Of a DNA stretch of 64,000 bases, positions 11,974 to 24,571 are shown piece by piece. This stretch comes from an uncultured Planctomycetota bacterium (GTDB lineage: Bacteria > Planctomycetota > Planctomycetia > Gemmatales > Gemmataceae). The stretch lies in assembly GCA_963849325.1 (NCBI GenBank), contig CAWKHF010000005.1:96001-160000 (forward strand), in the 5' to 3' direction. Position 1 is the first letter of the stretch. The number at the start of each line of letters is the position of its first letter. The translations under genes and the position numbers were made by a program. The notes beneath the pieces were generated by a model. The model did not search any database. It saw only the letters and a list, made by a program, of their open reading frames with translations, and had not been told where the DNA came from.

Positions 11974-13023
11974 TTGATCGAGTCGCTTCGTCCCTGTATC
12001 CGCGCCATGGCCGGCTACGTTCCCGGCGAGCAGCCGCGCGACGGGACGTTCCTCAAACTCAACACCAACGAGAACCCCTACCCGCCCTCGCCGCGCGTCT
12101 TCGAGGCGCTGCACGCGGCGCTGACCGGCGATCGGCTGCGCAAGTATCCCGATCCGTCGGGGACGCACTTCCGCCAGACGGCGGGCAACGTGCTGGGCGT
12201 CGATCCCGATAGCATCCTCATCGGCAACGGCTCCGATGATGTCTTGACCATCCTCACGCGCGCCTTCGTTCCCGAGGGCGGTCTCGTCGTCTCGCCGACG
12301 CCGAGCTATTTGCTGTATCACACGCTGGCGAGCTTGCAGGGAGCGCGGTTTTTGACCGTGCCGTTCCTGGTCGATTGGAAATTGCCGGACCCGTGGCCGG
12401 TTCGCTACGCCAACCTGACCTTCCTCGCCAATCCCAATTCGCCTTCCGGGACGGTCGTTTCGCTGGCGGAGATCGATCGACTGCGCGGCAGCCTCGACGG
12501 GCCGCTGGTTGTCGATGAGGCGTACGCCGACTTCGCCGAGAACAACGCCCTGGAGCTGGTCCAGCGCGGGGCGAAGGATGTCGTGGTGACGCGCTCGTTC
12601 AGCAAATCGTACAGTTTGGCCGGCATTCGCTTCGGCTTCGCCGTGGCCGACCCGGCGGTGATTTCGCATCTGTTGAAAGTGAAGGATTCCTACAATTGCG
12701 ATGTACTCAGTCTCGTCGCGGCGGCGGCGGCCATCGAGGACCAGGATTATTTCCGCACCATCCGCGACCGCATCCGGGCGACGCGCGGCCGCATGGAGAC
12801 GGCCCTGACCGATCTGGGGTTTCTCATTTGTCCGAGTCAGGCGAACTTCGTGTGGTGCCGGCGGGAAGATCGAGCCGTCAAACCGATCTATGAAGAGCTA
12901 AAAAAGCGCAATATCCTGGTGCGCTACATGAATTACGAAGGGTATGGCGACGGCCTGCGCATCTCGGTCGGGACCGAGGACGAGATCGACCGGCTGCTGG
13001 CTGAATTCAGGGCGATTTTGTGA
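11974..13023 (+). CDS. hisC: histidinol-phosphate aminotransferase
   Basis: KLNTNENPY, GNGSDD, NPNSPSG, DEAY and PLP-lysine motif RSFSKSYSLAGIRFG. TTG start follows GGAGG. Confidence 0.95.
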   Translation: MIESLRPCIRAMAGYVPGEQPRDGTFLKLNTNENPYPPSPRVFEALHAALTGDRLRKYPDPSGTHFRQTAGNVLGVDPDSILIGNGSDDVLTILTRAFVPEGGLVVSPTPSYLLYHTLASLQGARFLTVPFLVDWKLPDPWPVRYANLTFLANPNSPSGTVVSLAEIDRLRGSLDGPLVVDEAYADFAENNALELVQRGAKDVVVTRSFSKSYSLAGIRFGFAVADPAVISHLLKVKDSYNCDVLSLVAAAAAIEDQDYFRTIRDRIRATRGRMETALTDLGFLICPSQANFVWCRREDRAVKPIYEELKKRNILVRYMNYEGYGDGLRISVGTEDEIDRLLAEFRAIL

Positions 13024-13034
13024 GAGAAACGGGC

Positions 13035-13621
13035 ATGGCACGAACGGCACAGATCCACCGGGAGACCGGCGAGACCAAGATCGACCTGACCCTCGACCTC
13101 GACGGCAGCGGTCGGGCGACCGTGGCAACCGGCGTCGGCTTCTTCGATCACATGCTGACGCTGCTGACCCGGCACAGCCTGATCGATCTGACCGTGCAGG
13201 CGCGCGGCGATCTGCACGTGGACGCACACCACACCGTCGAGGACGTCGGCATCTGTTACGGCCGAGCGCTGGCGCAGGCGCTGGGCGACAAGGCCGGCAT
13301 CCGTCGCTACGGTGACGCCACGGTGCCGATGGACGAGACCTTGGTGACGGCGGCGATCGATTTGAGCGGCCGGCCGTTCTGCGTCTGGCGGGCCGACGTG
13401 CCAATGGAGACGCTGGGCAGCTTCAACGCGCCGTTGGCCGAGGAGTTCTGGCGGGCCGTGTCGTCGAGCGGGGCGCTGACCCTGCACGTCGTCTGCCATC
13501 ACGGCCGCAATACGCATCATATCGTCGAGGGGATTTTCAAGGCGACGGCGCGGCGCTGCGCCAGGCGGTCGAACTCGATCCGCGCGGCGGCGGCGTGCCC
13601 TCGACCAAGGGCGTGCTGTGA
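13035..13621 (+). CDS. hisB: imidazoleglycerol-phosphate dehydratase; frameshift near 13550
   Basis: RETGET, FFDHML, DAHHTVEDVGI, PMDE, NTHHIVEGIFKA. The shifted frame ends PSTKGVL. Confidence 0.95.
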
Positions 13622-13622
13622 G

Positions 13623-13680
13623 CGTCGGAGCCTGAAGCGTAAGCGAAGAGCACTCTTCGCTTACGCTTCAGGCTCCGACG
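13623..13680. repeat. REP-like palindrome family B (GAGCCTGAAGCGTAAGCGA arms); relatives at about 34057-34112 and 45081-45142
   Basis: Perfect 28-bp arms between convergent hisB and mqnD; shared AGCGnnAGCGA core. Confidence 0.8.
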
Positions 13681-14517
13681 AGACAAACTCCACCTTCACC
13701 GGATTGGAGATGATGCCGGCGCGATGGCCTTCGGCCAGCAGGCGGCGCACCGCCTCGCGGCCGCGCGCGCCGTAGTCCAGCGTCCAGTCGTTGACGTACA
13801 TGCCGACGAAGCGATCCGCCAGCGCCTTGTCCATGTCGCGCGCATACTGCAAGGCGTAGTCCAGGGCCGCGTCGCGGTGCGCCAGGGCGTAGCGGATGCT
13901 CTCCTTGAGCAGCCGGCTGATGGTGCGCATCGGTCTCGGTGCCGAGGTCGCGGCGCACCACGTTGCCGCCCAGCGGCAGCGGCAGGCCGGTCTTCTCCTG
14001 CCACCACACGCCCAGATCGACGACCAGGTGCAGCCCCTGGTTCTGGAACGTCAGCTGCCCTTCGTGGATGATGAGGCCGGCGTCGAAACGGCCCTCGGCC
14101 ACCGCGTTCAGGATCTGGTCGAACGGCACCACCTCGTAAGCGAAGCCGTCCGGCAGCAGCAGACGCAGGGCCAGGAACGCCGTCGTCAGCGTGCCGGGCA
14201 CGGCGATGCGTGCGGTTCGCAGCTCGCTCGACCGTCAGCGGCCGGCGGGCGACGACCATCGGGCCATAACGGTCGCCCATGCTGCATCCGCTGGGCAAGA
14301 GGGCGTACTTGTCGAGCAGCGATGCATAGGCGTGGATGCTGATGGCCGTCACTTCCAGCTCGCCGCGCAGGGCGCGGCGGTTGAGCGTCTCGATGTCCTG
14401 CAAAACGTGGCGGAATTGTAGATCGCCGGTGTCGAGCTTGTCGTGGGCCAGGGCGTAGAACATGAAGGCGTCGTCGGGGTCGGGACTGTGGCCGACGGTG
14501 ATCAATCGTTTGCTCAT
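13661..14517 (-). CDS. mqnD: 1,4-dihydroxy-6-naphthoate synthase (futalosine pathway, MqnA/MqnD family); two frameshifts
   Basis: [33 protein letters not shown] and FVGMYVN found across three frames. Confidence 0.9.
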
Positions 14518-14606
14518 GAGAGGGGCCTGAAATAATCGTGGCGAAAAACATCCGATCCGCGGCTCGAAGGAGAGAACCGCAGGGAGGAGAGCGAGGTAAC
14601 GGGCGG

Positions 14607-15146
14607 TTACCGGAACACCGACTTGACGTCGGGACTGAGGAGCACGACCAAGGCCCAGATGCCGATGCCCTCCCCCAGACCGCAGCACGCCGTGGCCGAG
14701 ATGCACGGGATGGCAGCGGAAATCGCTCCGCACAGGGCCAGGGCGTAGGACTTCATCGATAGCATGCGCGCCCCCCCACGATGGGTAGGATCGAGGCCAG
14801 CAGGGCGAACAGGGTCAGCGGCCAGTTGATGAGCAGGGCCTGCATCTTCATCTCCGCGGCGCTCTTCGCCTCAGTGTCGCTGCATGGCCGGCGGCAGCAT
14901 CTCATACATCTGCATCTGCTGCGCCTTGAGCTTGTCCGCCGGCATCAACGTCGTCACGACACTGTTGAACACCATGTACAGGCCGAAGAACAGGTTGAGA
15001 ATGCCGACCACGATGAGGCCGATGGCGGGGGCCTGAACGCGGCCCTTCAGGCGGCTGGCGCCGCCCGGCAGCGGACGGTCGTCCTCGTAGGGTTCGCCGG
15101 GGCGAGGCTCGTCGGCGTCGTAGTTGCTGTAGGGGTCGTAACTCAT
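14607..15146 (-). CDS. hypothetical membrane protein; frameshift near 14870
   Basis: Acidic N-terminus, then PAIGLIVVGILNL, and in a shifted frame GIGIWALVVLLSPDVKSVFR*. Confidence 0.7.
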
Positions 15147-15417
15147 CGGTCTCTCTCCACGCGGATCGGCGGAGTCTGTAAGTTCGCCCTATTGTACAGG
15201 TTCGGCGACGAAAACGAAGAGGACGGCGAACCGGCCGACGGATCGCGCTGTCAAAATCCGCACAACGGGCGAGACGGGCAAACTCGACCGGGGCCAGCCG
15301 CGGCGGACGAATGGCACTGGACAAGATTTTTCCGACAGTTTAGAGTATTATTAGGACAGAGAGAACAAAACAGAAGTGTTGGAATCCTTAGTTACGGAGG
15401 TTTGTTTGACGACCGCA

Positions 15418-16650
15418 ATGATGGTGGAGCCGCGCAGCGGCTTCCACGACTTAGCCCTCTCCCCGCCGGTGCTGGCCGCGCTCGACCGAGCCGGTTACAG
15501 CGAACCCACCCCGATTCAGGCCGCTTTCATTCCCGAAGCCCTCACCGGACGCGACGTCATCGGCCAGGCCCAGACCGGCACCGGCAAAACCGCCGCCTTT
15601 CTGCTGCCCTTCCTCAACGGCTGGCGCGACGACAACCGGCCAGGACCGCAAGCCCTGGTGCTGGCGCCGACGCGCGAACTGGTCGTGCAGGTCAGCGAGG
15701 AGGCGGCCAAGCTGATGCCGAGCAGTCACTGCCGGGCCGTGCCCATCTACGGCGGCCAGCGCTTCGGCCAGCAATTGACTCTGCTGCGTCGCGGCTGCAA
15801 CATCGCCGTCGGCACGCCGGGCCGCGTCCTCGACCACCTGTCGCGCGGCACGCTGACGCTGGATCACGTCCGCTACGTCGTCCTCGACGAGGCCGACCGC
15901 ATGCTCGACATCGGCTTTCGACCGGACATCGAGAGGATCCTGCGCCGCTGCCCGCAGCAGCGCCAGACCTTGCTGCTGTCCGCCACGGTGCCGCCGCCGG
16001 TGCTGCGGCTGGCCCAGCGCTACATGGTCGATCCGCTCAACATCAACCTGTCGCCGGCCAAGATCACCGTCGAGAACATCCGCCAGACCTATTTCACCGT
16101 CGATGAGGACCGCAAGTTCGAGCTGCTCTTGAAAGTGTTCGAGCGCGAGGAGCCGCGACAGTGCATCATCTTCTGCGAGCGCAAGCGCTGGGTGGAAGAC
16201 GTGTACCGCATGTTGCGCAAGCACCACCGGCGCGTGGCGGCGATGCACGGCGATCTGCCGCAGTCGATGCGCAACCGCATCATGCAGGGCTTCCGCGACG
16301 GCAAGATCACCTACCTGGTGGCCACCGACGTGGTCGGTCGCGGCATCGACGTGCGGAACATCTCGCACGTCATCAACTACGACATCCCGATCGATTCGGA
16401 GAATTACGTCCATCGCATCGGCCGAACCGGCCGCATCGGCGCCGACGGCGTGGCCATCGCCTTCGTCACGCCCGAACAGGGCGAGCACCTGACCGAGATC
16501 GAGCGCTTCATCAACAAGCAGATCGACGAGGACCAGATGCCCGACTTCCAGGCGTACACGCCGCGCGTTCGCGTCGAGAAGTCGGAGTCTCCGCGCCGCG
16601 CCGCCCCGGTCTTCGGTCGCCGCGTCAAGCGCTACAGCAATCGGCTGTAA
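15418..16650 (+). CDS. DEAD-box RNA helicase
   Basis: Q motif PTPIQ, AQTGTGKT, PTREL, TPGR, DEAD, SAT, HRIGRTGR. Confidence 0.96.
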   Translation: MMVEPRSGFHDLALSPPVLAALDRAGYSEPTPIQAAFIPEALTGRDVIGQAQTGTGKTAAFLLPFLNGWRDDNRPGPQALVLAPTRELVVQVSEEAAKLMPSSHCRAVPIYGGQRFGQQLTLLRRGCNIAVGTPGRVLDHLSRGTLTLDHVRYVVLDEADRMLDIGFRPDIERILRRCPQQRQTLLLSATVPPPVLRLAQRYMVDPLNINLSPAKITVENIRQTYFTVDEDRKFELLLKVFEREEPRQCIIFCERKRWVEDVYRMLRKHHRRVAAMHGDLPQSMRNRIMQGFRDGKITYLVATDVVGRGIDVRNISHVINYDIPIDSENYVHRIGRTGRIGADGVAIAFVTPEQGEHLTEIERFINKQIDEDQMPDFQAYTPRVRVEKSESPRRAAPVFGRRVKRYSNRL

Positions 16651-16818
16651 CCTCCTCCATCCGAGCCGCTTGCGACTTCTCGCTAAGCCGCAAGCGGCGC
16701 CCGCGTCCGGCACCTCCTCTTTTTTTCTCTTTTTTGCGCGAACCTTTTGCCCCTTTTCGCGTCTCTTCCTTTAGGGGGCGATTGTGTCCGTCCCCGGCGA
16801 ACTTTTTCCGAAAAGTTC

Positions 16819-16846
16819 TGTCACCAACGTCGAATACCTCCGTATC
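16819..16846 (+). promoter_or_regulatory. candidate ECF-type promoter (TGTCAC-N16-CGTATC)
   Basis: -35/-10-like boxes with a 16-nt spacer, directly after the inverted repeat GAACTTTT..AAAAGTTC and upstream of an ECF gene. Confidence 0.4.
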
Positions 16847-16988
16847 AACAAGAGCGAGGCTCATCCCCTCGAATTCGTTGACACCAACCTGTGAGGTAGC
16901 CGAGAAACCGTATCGATTCTTCGCTCCGATGGACTCGCTGGCGTGCGAGTCCGGTCAACCCTTCTCTCTCGATCGCCGGAGGTCTCCC

Positions 16989-17312
16989 ATGGCCGTCCTG
17001 AATCGGAAATCCCTGGTGCTGCAAGGCTCCGCCGTCCTGTGGGTCGGCAAGGCCGGCAATCCGCGCCTCGGTACCGGTTCAGCGGCCAGCCCCGAGACCC
17101 CGGAGGTCCGCATCTCCATGCGACACCCGTCGCTCGGCTGGGGGCAGGAATATCAACCTGCCCGGCGGCTACGTCCCGCGGACGCTTTCCGCATGGATTT
17201 CGTAGCTGCTTATGGGGCCGGTCGGTCCCGCCGTACAACGGGTATCCGTAGTCGAAGCCGCTTGCCTCGGACCACCGAGCCGGCTTCGATAAGGGGATGC
17301 GAGGTCCGCTAG
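16989..17312 (+). CDS. possible small ORF (107 aa) upstream of the ECF sigma gene
   Basis: Strong GGAGGT Shine-Dalgarno just before ATG 16989; no recognised motif. Confidence 0.3.
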   Translation: MAVLNRKSLVLQGSAVLWVGKAGNPRLGTGSAASPETPEVRISMRHPSLGWGQEYQPARRLRPADAFRMDFVAAYGAGRSRRTTGIRSRSRLPRTTEPASIRGCEVR

Positions 17313-17513
17313 TCGGCAGCCCCGACATCGACCATCACCCCAATCGAAACACGGAGTCGCCGTCACCCTCGACCTGGCCCGGCGAGCAGCCGCGCGTCCC
17401 GGTGCCTGGCTGAGACGGAAGCGCAACGGTCCCGCGGTTGATCCCCGCGGCGTCGTCCGCTCCCGCACGTGGTGCAAGTCCATTCGCGCATGGATCGAGA
17501 AGGGTATCTGCGA

Positions 17514-18095
17514 ATGTCCTGGATCGAGATCAAGATCCTGGTGGAGAAGGCGCAGGCCGGCGACCGGGCGGCTTACGGAGAGCTGATCGAGCGCTTCCAG
17601 CCGACGGTCTACGCGGTGGCGCTGGCGCGTCTGCGCAACCCGACGGAGGCGCAGGAGCTGGCGCAGGAGGTGTTCCTGCACGGCATGACCAAGCTGCCGC
17701 AGCTGCGCGACGCTCAGTGCTTCGCCGGCTGGCTGCGTCAGATCACGGTGCGCATGGCGCTCAACCGTCTGACGCGGCGCGGCCCGGTGCAGAAGGTCGA
17801 GCCGGAGGTGCTGGACAACGCCGAGGCCGCCGGCGCCAGCCCGCTGGAGACGCTGGTGCAGGCGGAGCAGGCGGCCGAGCTGTACCGCGGCCTGGATCGC
17901 CTCAAGCCGGTGGACCGCGCCACGCTGGTGGCGTTCTACCTGCGCGGCCGTTCGCTGCAGCAGATGAGCCGCGACTTCGAGGCGCCCGTCGGCACCATCA
18001 AGCGCCGTCTGCACGTCGCGCGCAATCGTCTCAAGAAGGCGATGGAGCGCGGCGCAGCCGGCAAGGCCCGCCGCCGTGAGGCGGCGTGCGTGTAA
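17514..18095 (+). CDS. ECF-family RNA polymerase sigma factor
   Basis: LVEKAQAGDRAAYGELIERF, AQELAQEVF, FAGWLRQI, PVGTIKRRLHVARNRL. Confidence 0.93.
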   Translation: MSWIEIKILVEKAQAGDRAAYGELIERFQPTVYAVALARLRNPTEAQELAQEVFLHGMTKLPQLRDAQCFAGWLRQITVRMALNRLTRRGPVQKVEPEVLDNAEAAGASPLETLVQAEQAAELYRGLDRLKPVDRATLVAFYLRGRSLQQMSRDFEAPVGTIKRRLHVARNRLKKAMERGAAGKARRREAACV

Positions 18096-18129
18096 CCGCA
18101 CATGACCCTCGGCTCGCCGGGGACATGGG

Positions 18130-18168
18130 GAACGCCCGTCCTCCGTAAGAGGACGGGCGTTCTTTTTT
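18130..18168 (+). terminator. intrinsic terminator
   Basis: GAACGCCCGTCCTC-cgtaa-GAGGACGGGCGTTC perfect 14-bp stem followed by TTTTTT. Confidence 0.88.
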
Positions 18169-18244
18169 CTTGCCGTATCGCGGCCCCGACCCAACAATAC
18201 ACCTCCACGACCATCCATTCCGTCGGATGGCGGAGGGGTGACGG

Positions 18245-19832
18245 ATGTTGATCGGCTACGTCAGCGACGAGCGTTATGCGGCCCTGCCCGACGTGCTGCT
18301 GGAATTTGCCCGCGACAGCCAATCGTGGGAGACGCGCTCGCGCGCCAGCGGGGCCGTGTACGCCGAGCTGCCGCCCGGCGAGTACGAGGTGACGCTCGCC
18401 AAGCCCGGCTTCGGCGGCAAGCGCCTGCGTCTGACGCCGCGGCCGGGACAGCCGTATCACTTCCGCCTGCTCTCCGACGGCCTGCTCGGCTACGCCTGGC
18501 CCAAGTGCGTCCGCGCCGGCGAACGGGCCGAGTTCCGCGTCCACTCGGTCGAACCGTATCGGCTGGAGCTGTGGCGCTACGGCTGGCGCAAGGAGCGGGT
18601 GCGGAGCCTGGGCTGGCACGATGAACACGGCCCGCGCGCCGTCATGCAGATCACTCCCGACGGCGATTACACGCAGACCGGCGTGGCCTGGAACGAGGTC
18701 GGCTACGGCAGTCCGCACCACCGGCAATTCGTCGAGGCGCCGGCGCCGTCCGGTCTGTACTACTTCCACGCCCGCACTGGCTCCGGCCGCACGTTCGCCT
18801 TCCCGTGGGTCGTCGCTCCGGCCGCGCCGCAAGCCCCGGTGGCCGTGCTCGCCTCGAACATCACCTGGAACGCCTACAACAACTTCGGCGGCCGCAGCAA
18901 CTACATCCACGCCGACGCCTTTCCACCGACGCCGACCGTCAACGCACGCCAGGAACTGAAGCGCTACACCGATCCGCAGCACGCGACCTGGGGGGCGGCG
19001 TCGTATGCGCCGTTGTCGTTCGACCGTCCCGAGCCGATCAACGACATCGACCCCAACGAGGAGATCACTGACCCGATCGAGGGTCGGGCCGCCTGCCACG
19101 TCGCTCCCGCCGAGTGGCGCCTGCTCGGCTGGCTCCAGCGCGAAGGCTTCGCCTATGACCTTTATGCCGAAACACAGCTCCATCACGGCGTCCTCGACCT
19201 CGCCGCCTACCGCGTGCTCATTCTCGAGCACCCACCCGGAATATTGGACAAAAGAGATGTATTTTCGCGTCAAGACGTGGGTGTTCGAGCGCGGCGGTCG
19301 GCTGATGTACCTGGGCGGCAACGGCCTCAACAGCGAGGTCGAATTGCTGGAAGGCGAGCGCATGATCGTCCACAACGGCGTCCTCCGCAGTCTGTGGCCG
19401 GAAGGCATCGGCGCCGAGAGCCGCTTCGCCAAACGGCAGGAATCGGAGGCGAACCTGCTGGGCGTCGTCTTTTCGCCTGCGGGCATGATGACCGGAGCGC
19501 CGTATCGCGTTGTCGATGCTGCCCACTGGGCGTTCGCCGGCACCGGCCTGCGCGGCGGCGACCTGTTCGGCGAGAAATGTCTGCACCAGCGCTGCCCCGG
19601 CGGCGCCTCCGGGCACGAGACGGACAAGCGGTCGCCGAGTTCGCCGCCGAACGTGCGGCTGCTGGCCAAGGGCACCAATCCCGACGATGGCGGGGCGGAG
19701 ATGGTTCACTTCGACACGCCCAGCGGCGGCGCCGTGTTTTCTGCCGGTTCGATTTGTTACCCCAGTTCGCTGCCGGTGGATGACAACGTCTCGAAGATCA
19801 CGGCGAACGTGCTGCGGCGATTTCTGCAATAA
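18245..19832 (+). CDS. N,N-dimethylformamidase beta-subunit family protein; frameshift near 19230
   Basis: TWNAYNNFGGRSNY, HPEYWT, LMYLGGN, GHETD, GAVFSAGSI motifs. Confidence 0.8.
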
Positions 19833-19965
19833 TCCCCTTCGCGCTCCCCTTTTCACATTTTTCTCTCACTCGCGCGTTGTTCTTCCCCCTCGGTTTGCCT
19901 TATATTGAATCATCCTGCCCTCGCGTCCACCGATGACCCGCAACGACTGCCACAGCGAGGTTTCG

Positions 19966-22343
19966 ATGAAACCGTTTGCTTGTTCCTGCCTGGTCCTGAC
20001 CGTCCTGTTCGCCATCCCCGCACGAGCGTCGTCCGCCGAATCGGACGTCGATTACAACCGCGACATCCGGCCGATCCTGTCGAAGAATTGCTTCGCCTGC
20101 CACGGCCAGGACGACGGCCATCGCGCCGCCAAGCTGCGCCTGGACCGCCGCGAAACGGCCGTCCTGCCGCGCAAGCGCGGCGCCGCCGTCGTGCCGGGCG
20201 CGCCCGAAAAGAGCCTGGTCATTGCGCATCACCAGCGCCGATGAGGACGAACGCATGCCGCCGATGCAGACCGGCAATTCGCTGACGACGGCGCAGATAG
20301 CGACGCTGAAGCGCTGGATCGCCCGGGGGGCGACGTATGCCGAGCACTGGGCGTTCGTCAAGCCGACGCGCCGGCCACTGCCCGAAGTCCGACATCGCGC
20401 CTGGCCGCGCCGCGAACTCGATTTCTTCGTGCTGGCCCGACTGGAGAAAGAGGGACTGTCGCCGACGACGGAGGCGGATCGGTATACACTACTGCGCCGC
20501 GTCAGTCTCGACCTGCGCGGCCTGCCGCCGACGCCGCGAGAGGTGGAGGCGTTTGTCCGGGACACCTCGGCCGACGCCTACGAGAAGGCGGTCGATCGCT
20601 TCTTGCAGGACGCCGCCTACGGCGAACGCTGGGCGCGGATGTGGCTGGACCTGGCTCGCTACGCCGACTCAGCCGGCTACGGCTCCGATCCGCTGCGGCC
20701 CAACATTTGGCCCTACCGCGATTGGGTCATCGACGCCTTCAACCGCAACCTGCCCTTCGACCAGCTCACCCGCGAACAGCTGGCCGGCGACCTGCTGCCG
20801 CAGCCGGCGCTCGACCAGCGTATCGCCACCGCCTTCCACCGCAACACCATGACCAACACCGAGGGCGGCACCGACGATGAGGAGTTTCGCGTCGCCGCCG
20901 TCAAGGATCGCGTCGATACGACCCTGCAAGTGTGGATGGGCCTGACGATGGGCTGCGCCAAGTGCCACAGCCATAAATACGATCCCATAACTCAAAAAGA
21001 ATACTATCGCTTTTTCGCGTTCTTCAATCAGACGGCCGACAACGATCAGCCGGACGAACGACCGACGCTAGCCGTGCCGACGGTCCAGCAGCGCCAGAGG
21101 AATCGGGACATCGACCAGCGGATCGCCGAGCGGAAAAAACGACTGGCGGAGCCAGCGCGAGTTGCCGTGGCTGCCGTGCGACGGACGGCAATCCCCGTCG
21201 AGTCGCTGTCTCTCCTCGGCGAGATCGCGAAGCTGGAAAAGTCGCGTCCGGCCATTCTCGCGGTGCCGGTCATGGAAGAACTGCCGGCCCATCGGCAGCG
21301 GCAGACGCACCTCATGGTCAAAGGCAACTTCCTCAACCCGGGCGAGAAGGTCGAGCCGGGCGTGCCGGCGGCTTTTCATCCGTGGCCGAAGGATGCGCCG
21401 CTCAACCGCCTCGGTATGGCGAAGTGGCTGCTCGACCCGGACAATCCGCTGACCGCCCGCGTCGCCGTCAATCGCTACTGGGCCCAGCTGTTCGGCACCG
21501 GCCTCGTCGAGACCGAGGAAGACTTCGGCACGCAGGGCGAGATGCCCAGCCATCCTGAATTGCTCGACTGGTTGGCCACCGAGTACGTGCGGCTCGGCTG
21601 GGACACCAAGGCGTTTTTGAAACTACTGGTTACGTCGGCGACCTACCGGCAGTCGTCGCGGGTGATGCCGGAGGTATTGGCGAAAGATCCGCGCAATCGC
21701 CTGTTGTCGCGTGGGCCGCGTTTCCGATTGGAGGCGGAGATGGTGCGCGATCAGGCGCTGGCCCTGAGTGGCCTGCTCAGCCGCAAGATGCACGGTCCTT
21801 CGGTCTATCCGCCGCAACCGCCGGGGCTGTGGCAGGCCGCCTTCAACGGCCAGCGCACCTGGGCAATGAGCAGCGGCGTGGATCGCTATCGCCGCGGTCT
21901 GTACACGTTCTGGCGGCGCACGGTGCCGTATCCGTCGATGGCCGCCTTCGACGCCACCAGCCGCGAGACCTGCACCGTTCGCCGCATCCGCACCAACACG
22001 CCGCTGCAAGCGTTCGTCACCCTGAACGATCCGGTATACGTCGAGGCGGCGCAGGCATGGCGCGACGGATCGTCAAGGAAGGCGGAGCGACCGCCGAGGA
22101 CCGCGCCGCTTCGCGCTGAGGTTGTGCTTGTGCCGCCCGCCACGGCCGGAGCAGGTCAAGCACGTGATGACGCTGTTCGAGACGGAGCACAGGCATTATC
22201 GCCAGGACACGAAAGCGGCGCTGGCCCTGGCGACCGACCCGCTCGGCTCGCTGCCGGTCGGGATGAACGCGGCCGAGGCAGCGGCGTGGACGGTGGTGGC
22301 GAACGTGCTGCTGAATCTCGACGCGGTGCTGATGAAAGGATAA
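19966..22343 (+). CDS. planctomycete cytochrome c (PSCyt1) + DUF1549 + DUF1553 protein; frameshifts near 20220, 22057 and 22110
   Basis: DYNRDIRPILSKNCFACHG, HWAF, YGERWARMWLDLARYADS, CAKCHSHKYDPI, NPLTARVAVNR, PSHPELLDWLA, TNTPLQA. Confidence 0.92.
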
Positions 22344-22407
22344 GAATCGCGGGAGTGCCGCAGTACAATATCGGCAACCATTGTCCGTTGAGTAAAGGAG
22401 GATAATC

Positions 22408-22812
22408 ATGATCTCTGATGAGGCCGCCCAGCAGTTGCACGACCGAGCGACACGGGGAGAACCGTTGTCCGCGGAAGAGCGAGCTATCCTTGATGCCTGG
22501 TACGCGCGGCAAGACGCGGAGGAAGCAGAGCAGCTGGCGATTGGCTGGCTGGAGCAAGAAACATCCCTGCGCGAACGGATGAAAGATGTCCTCACGCGAA
22601 TGACGCTCCTCACGCAGAAGATGCAAGAAGCGATAGTGGAGAGCAAACAGTTGCAAGAAGAACTCGCCGCACTCTCGAAGTCGTCGCTTGAGGCGGAAAT
22701 TGCGGACATCCGTCAGGCCTATCCACTCATGGACGCCGTGGCGCGCCAAGAAGGTTGGGATGATCCAGAGATGGATAGCTACGACATTTACGCACGGAAA
22801 CCTCAACAATGA
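22408..22812 (+). CDS. hypothetical antitoxin-like coiled-coil protein
   Basis: AAGGAGG Shine-Dalgarno; acidic C-terminus GWDDPEMDSYD; ATGA overlap with a PemK-like gene. Confidence 0.65.
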   Translation: MISDEAAQQLHDRATRGEPLSAEERAILDAWYARQDAEEAEQLAIGWLEQETSLRERMKDVLTRMTLLTQKMQEAIVESKQLQEELAALSKSSLEAEIADIRQAYPLMDAVARQEGWDDPEMDSYDIYARKPQQ

Positions 22813-23059
22813 GCATCCACCGGGGTGATGTAATCATTATTGATTGGCCATTCGGAGCAGGCATTGGGGGAAAGGCTCGGCCGGCATCGTGATCCAGAAT
22901 GACCGCGATAACGCTCGACTAACCGCTATCATTGTGGCCATGATTACCAGCCGTACTCATCGCTCCAGGGAGCCAACACAGGTACTGGTCGATGTGAGTA
23001 CGTCCGCGCTGCTTCAGCAAGTCGAGGCCGCGCTGAAGGTGGCTTTGGAATTAACCTGA
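22809..23059 (+). pseudogene. degenerate PemK/MazF-family toxin
   Basis: MSIHRGDVIIIDWPF..GKARP, then in a shifted frame IVIQND..IIVAMITS, joined directly to the C-terminal QQVEAALKVAL helix. The central part appears missing. Confidence 0.75.
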
Positions 23060-23117
23060 TGCCGTAGGCGGGACGCCGCCCACCTGGCGAGAGTATCTTA
23101 ACGAAAGGCTGATCCTC

Positions 23118-24562
<1,445 letters not shown>

Positions 24563-24571
24563 GAGTCCACT

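Noticed and set aside
16860-17500. Known ncRNA (RNase P, tmRNA, SRP, riboswitch)
   Set aside because: I could not find the hallmark motifs by eye; an Rfam scan is needed to exclude them.
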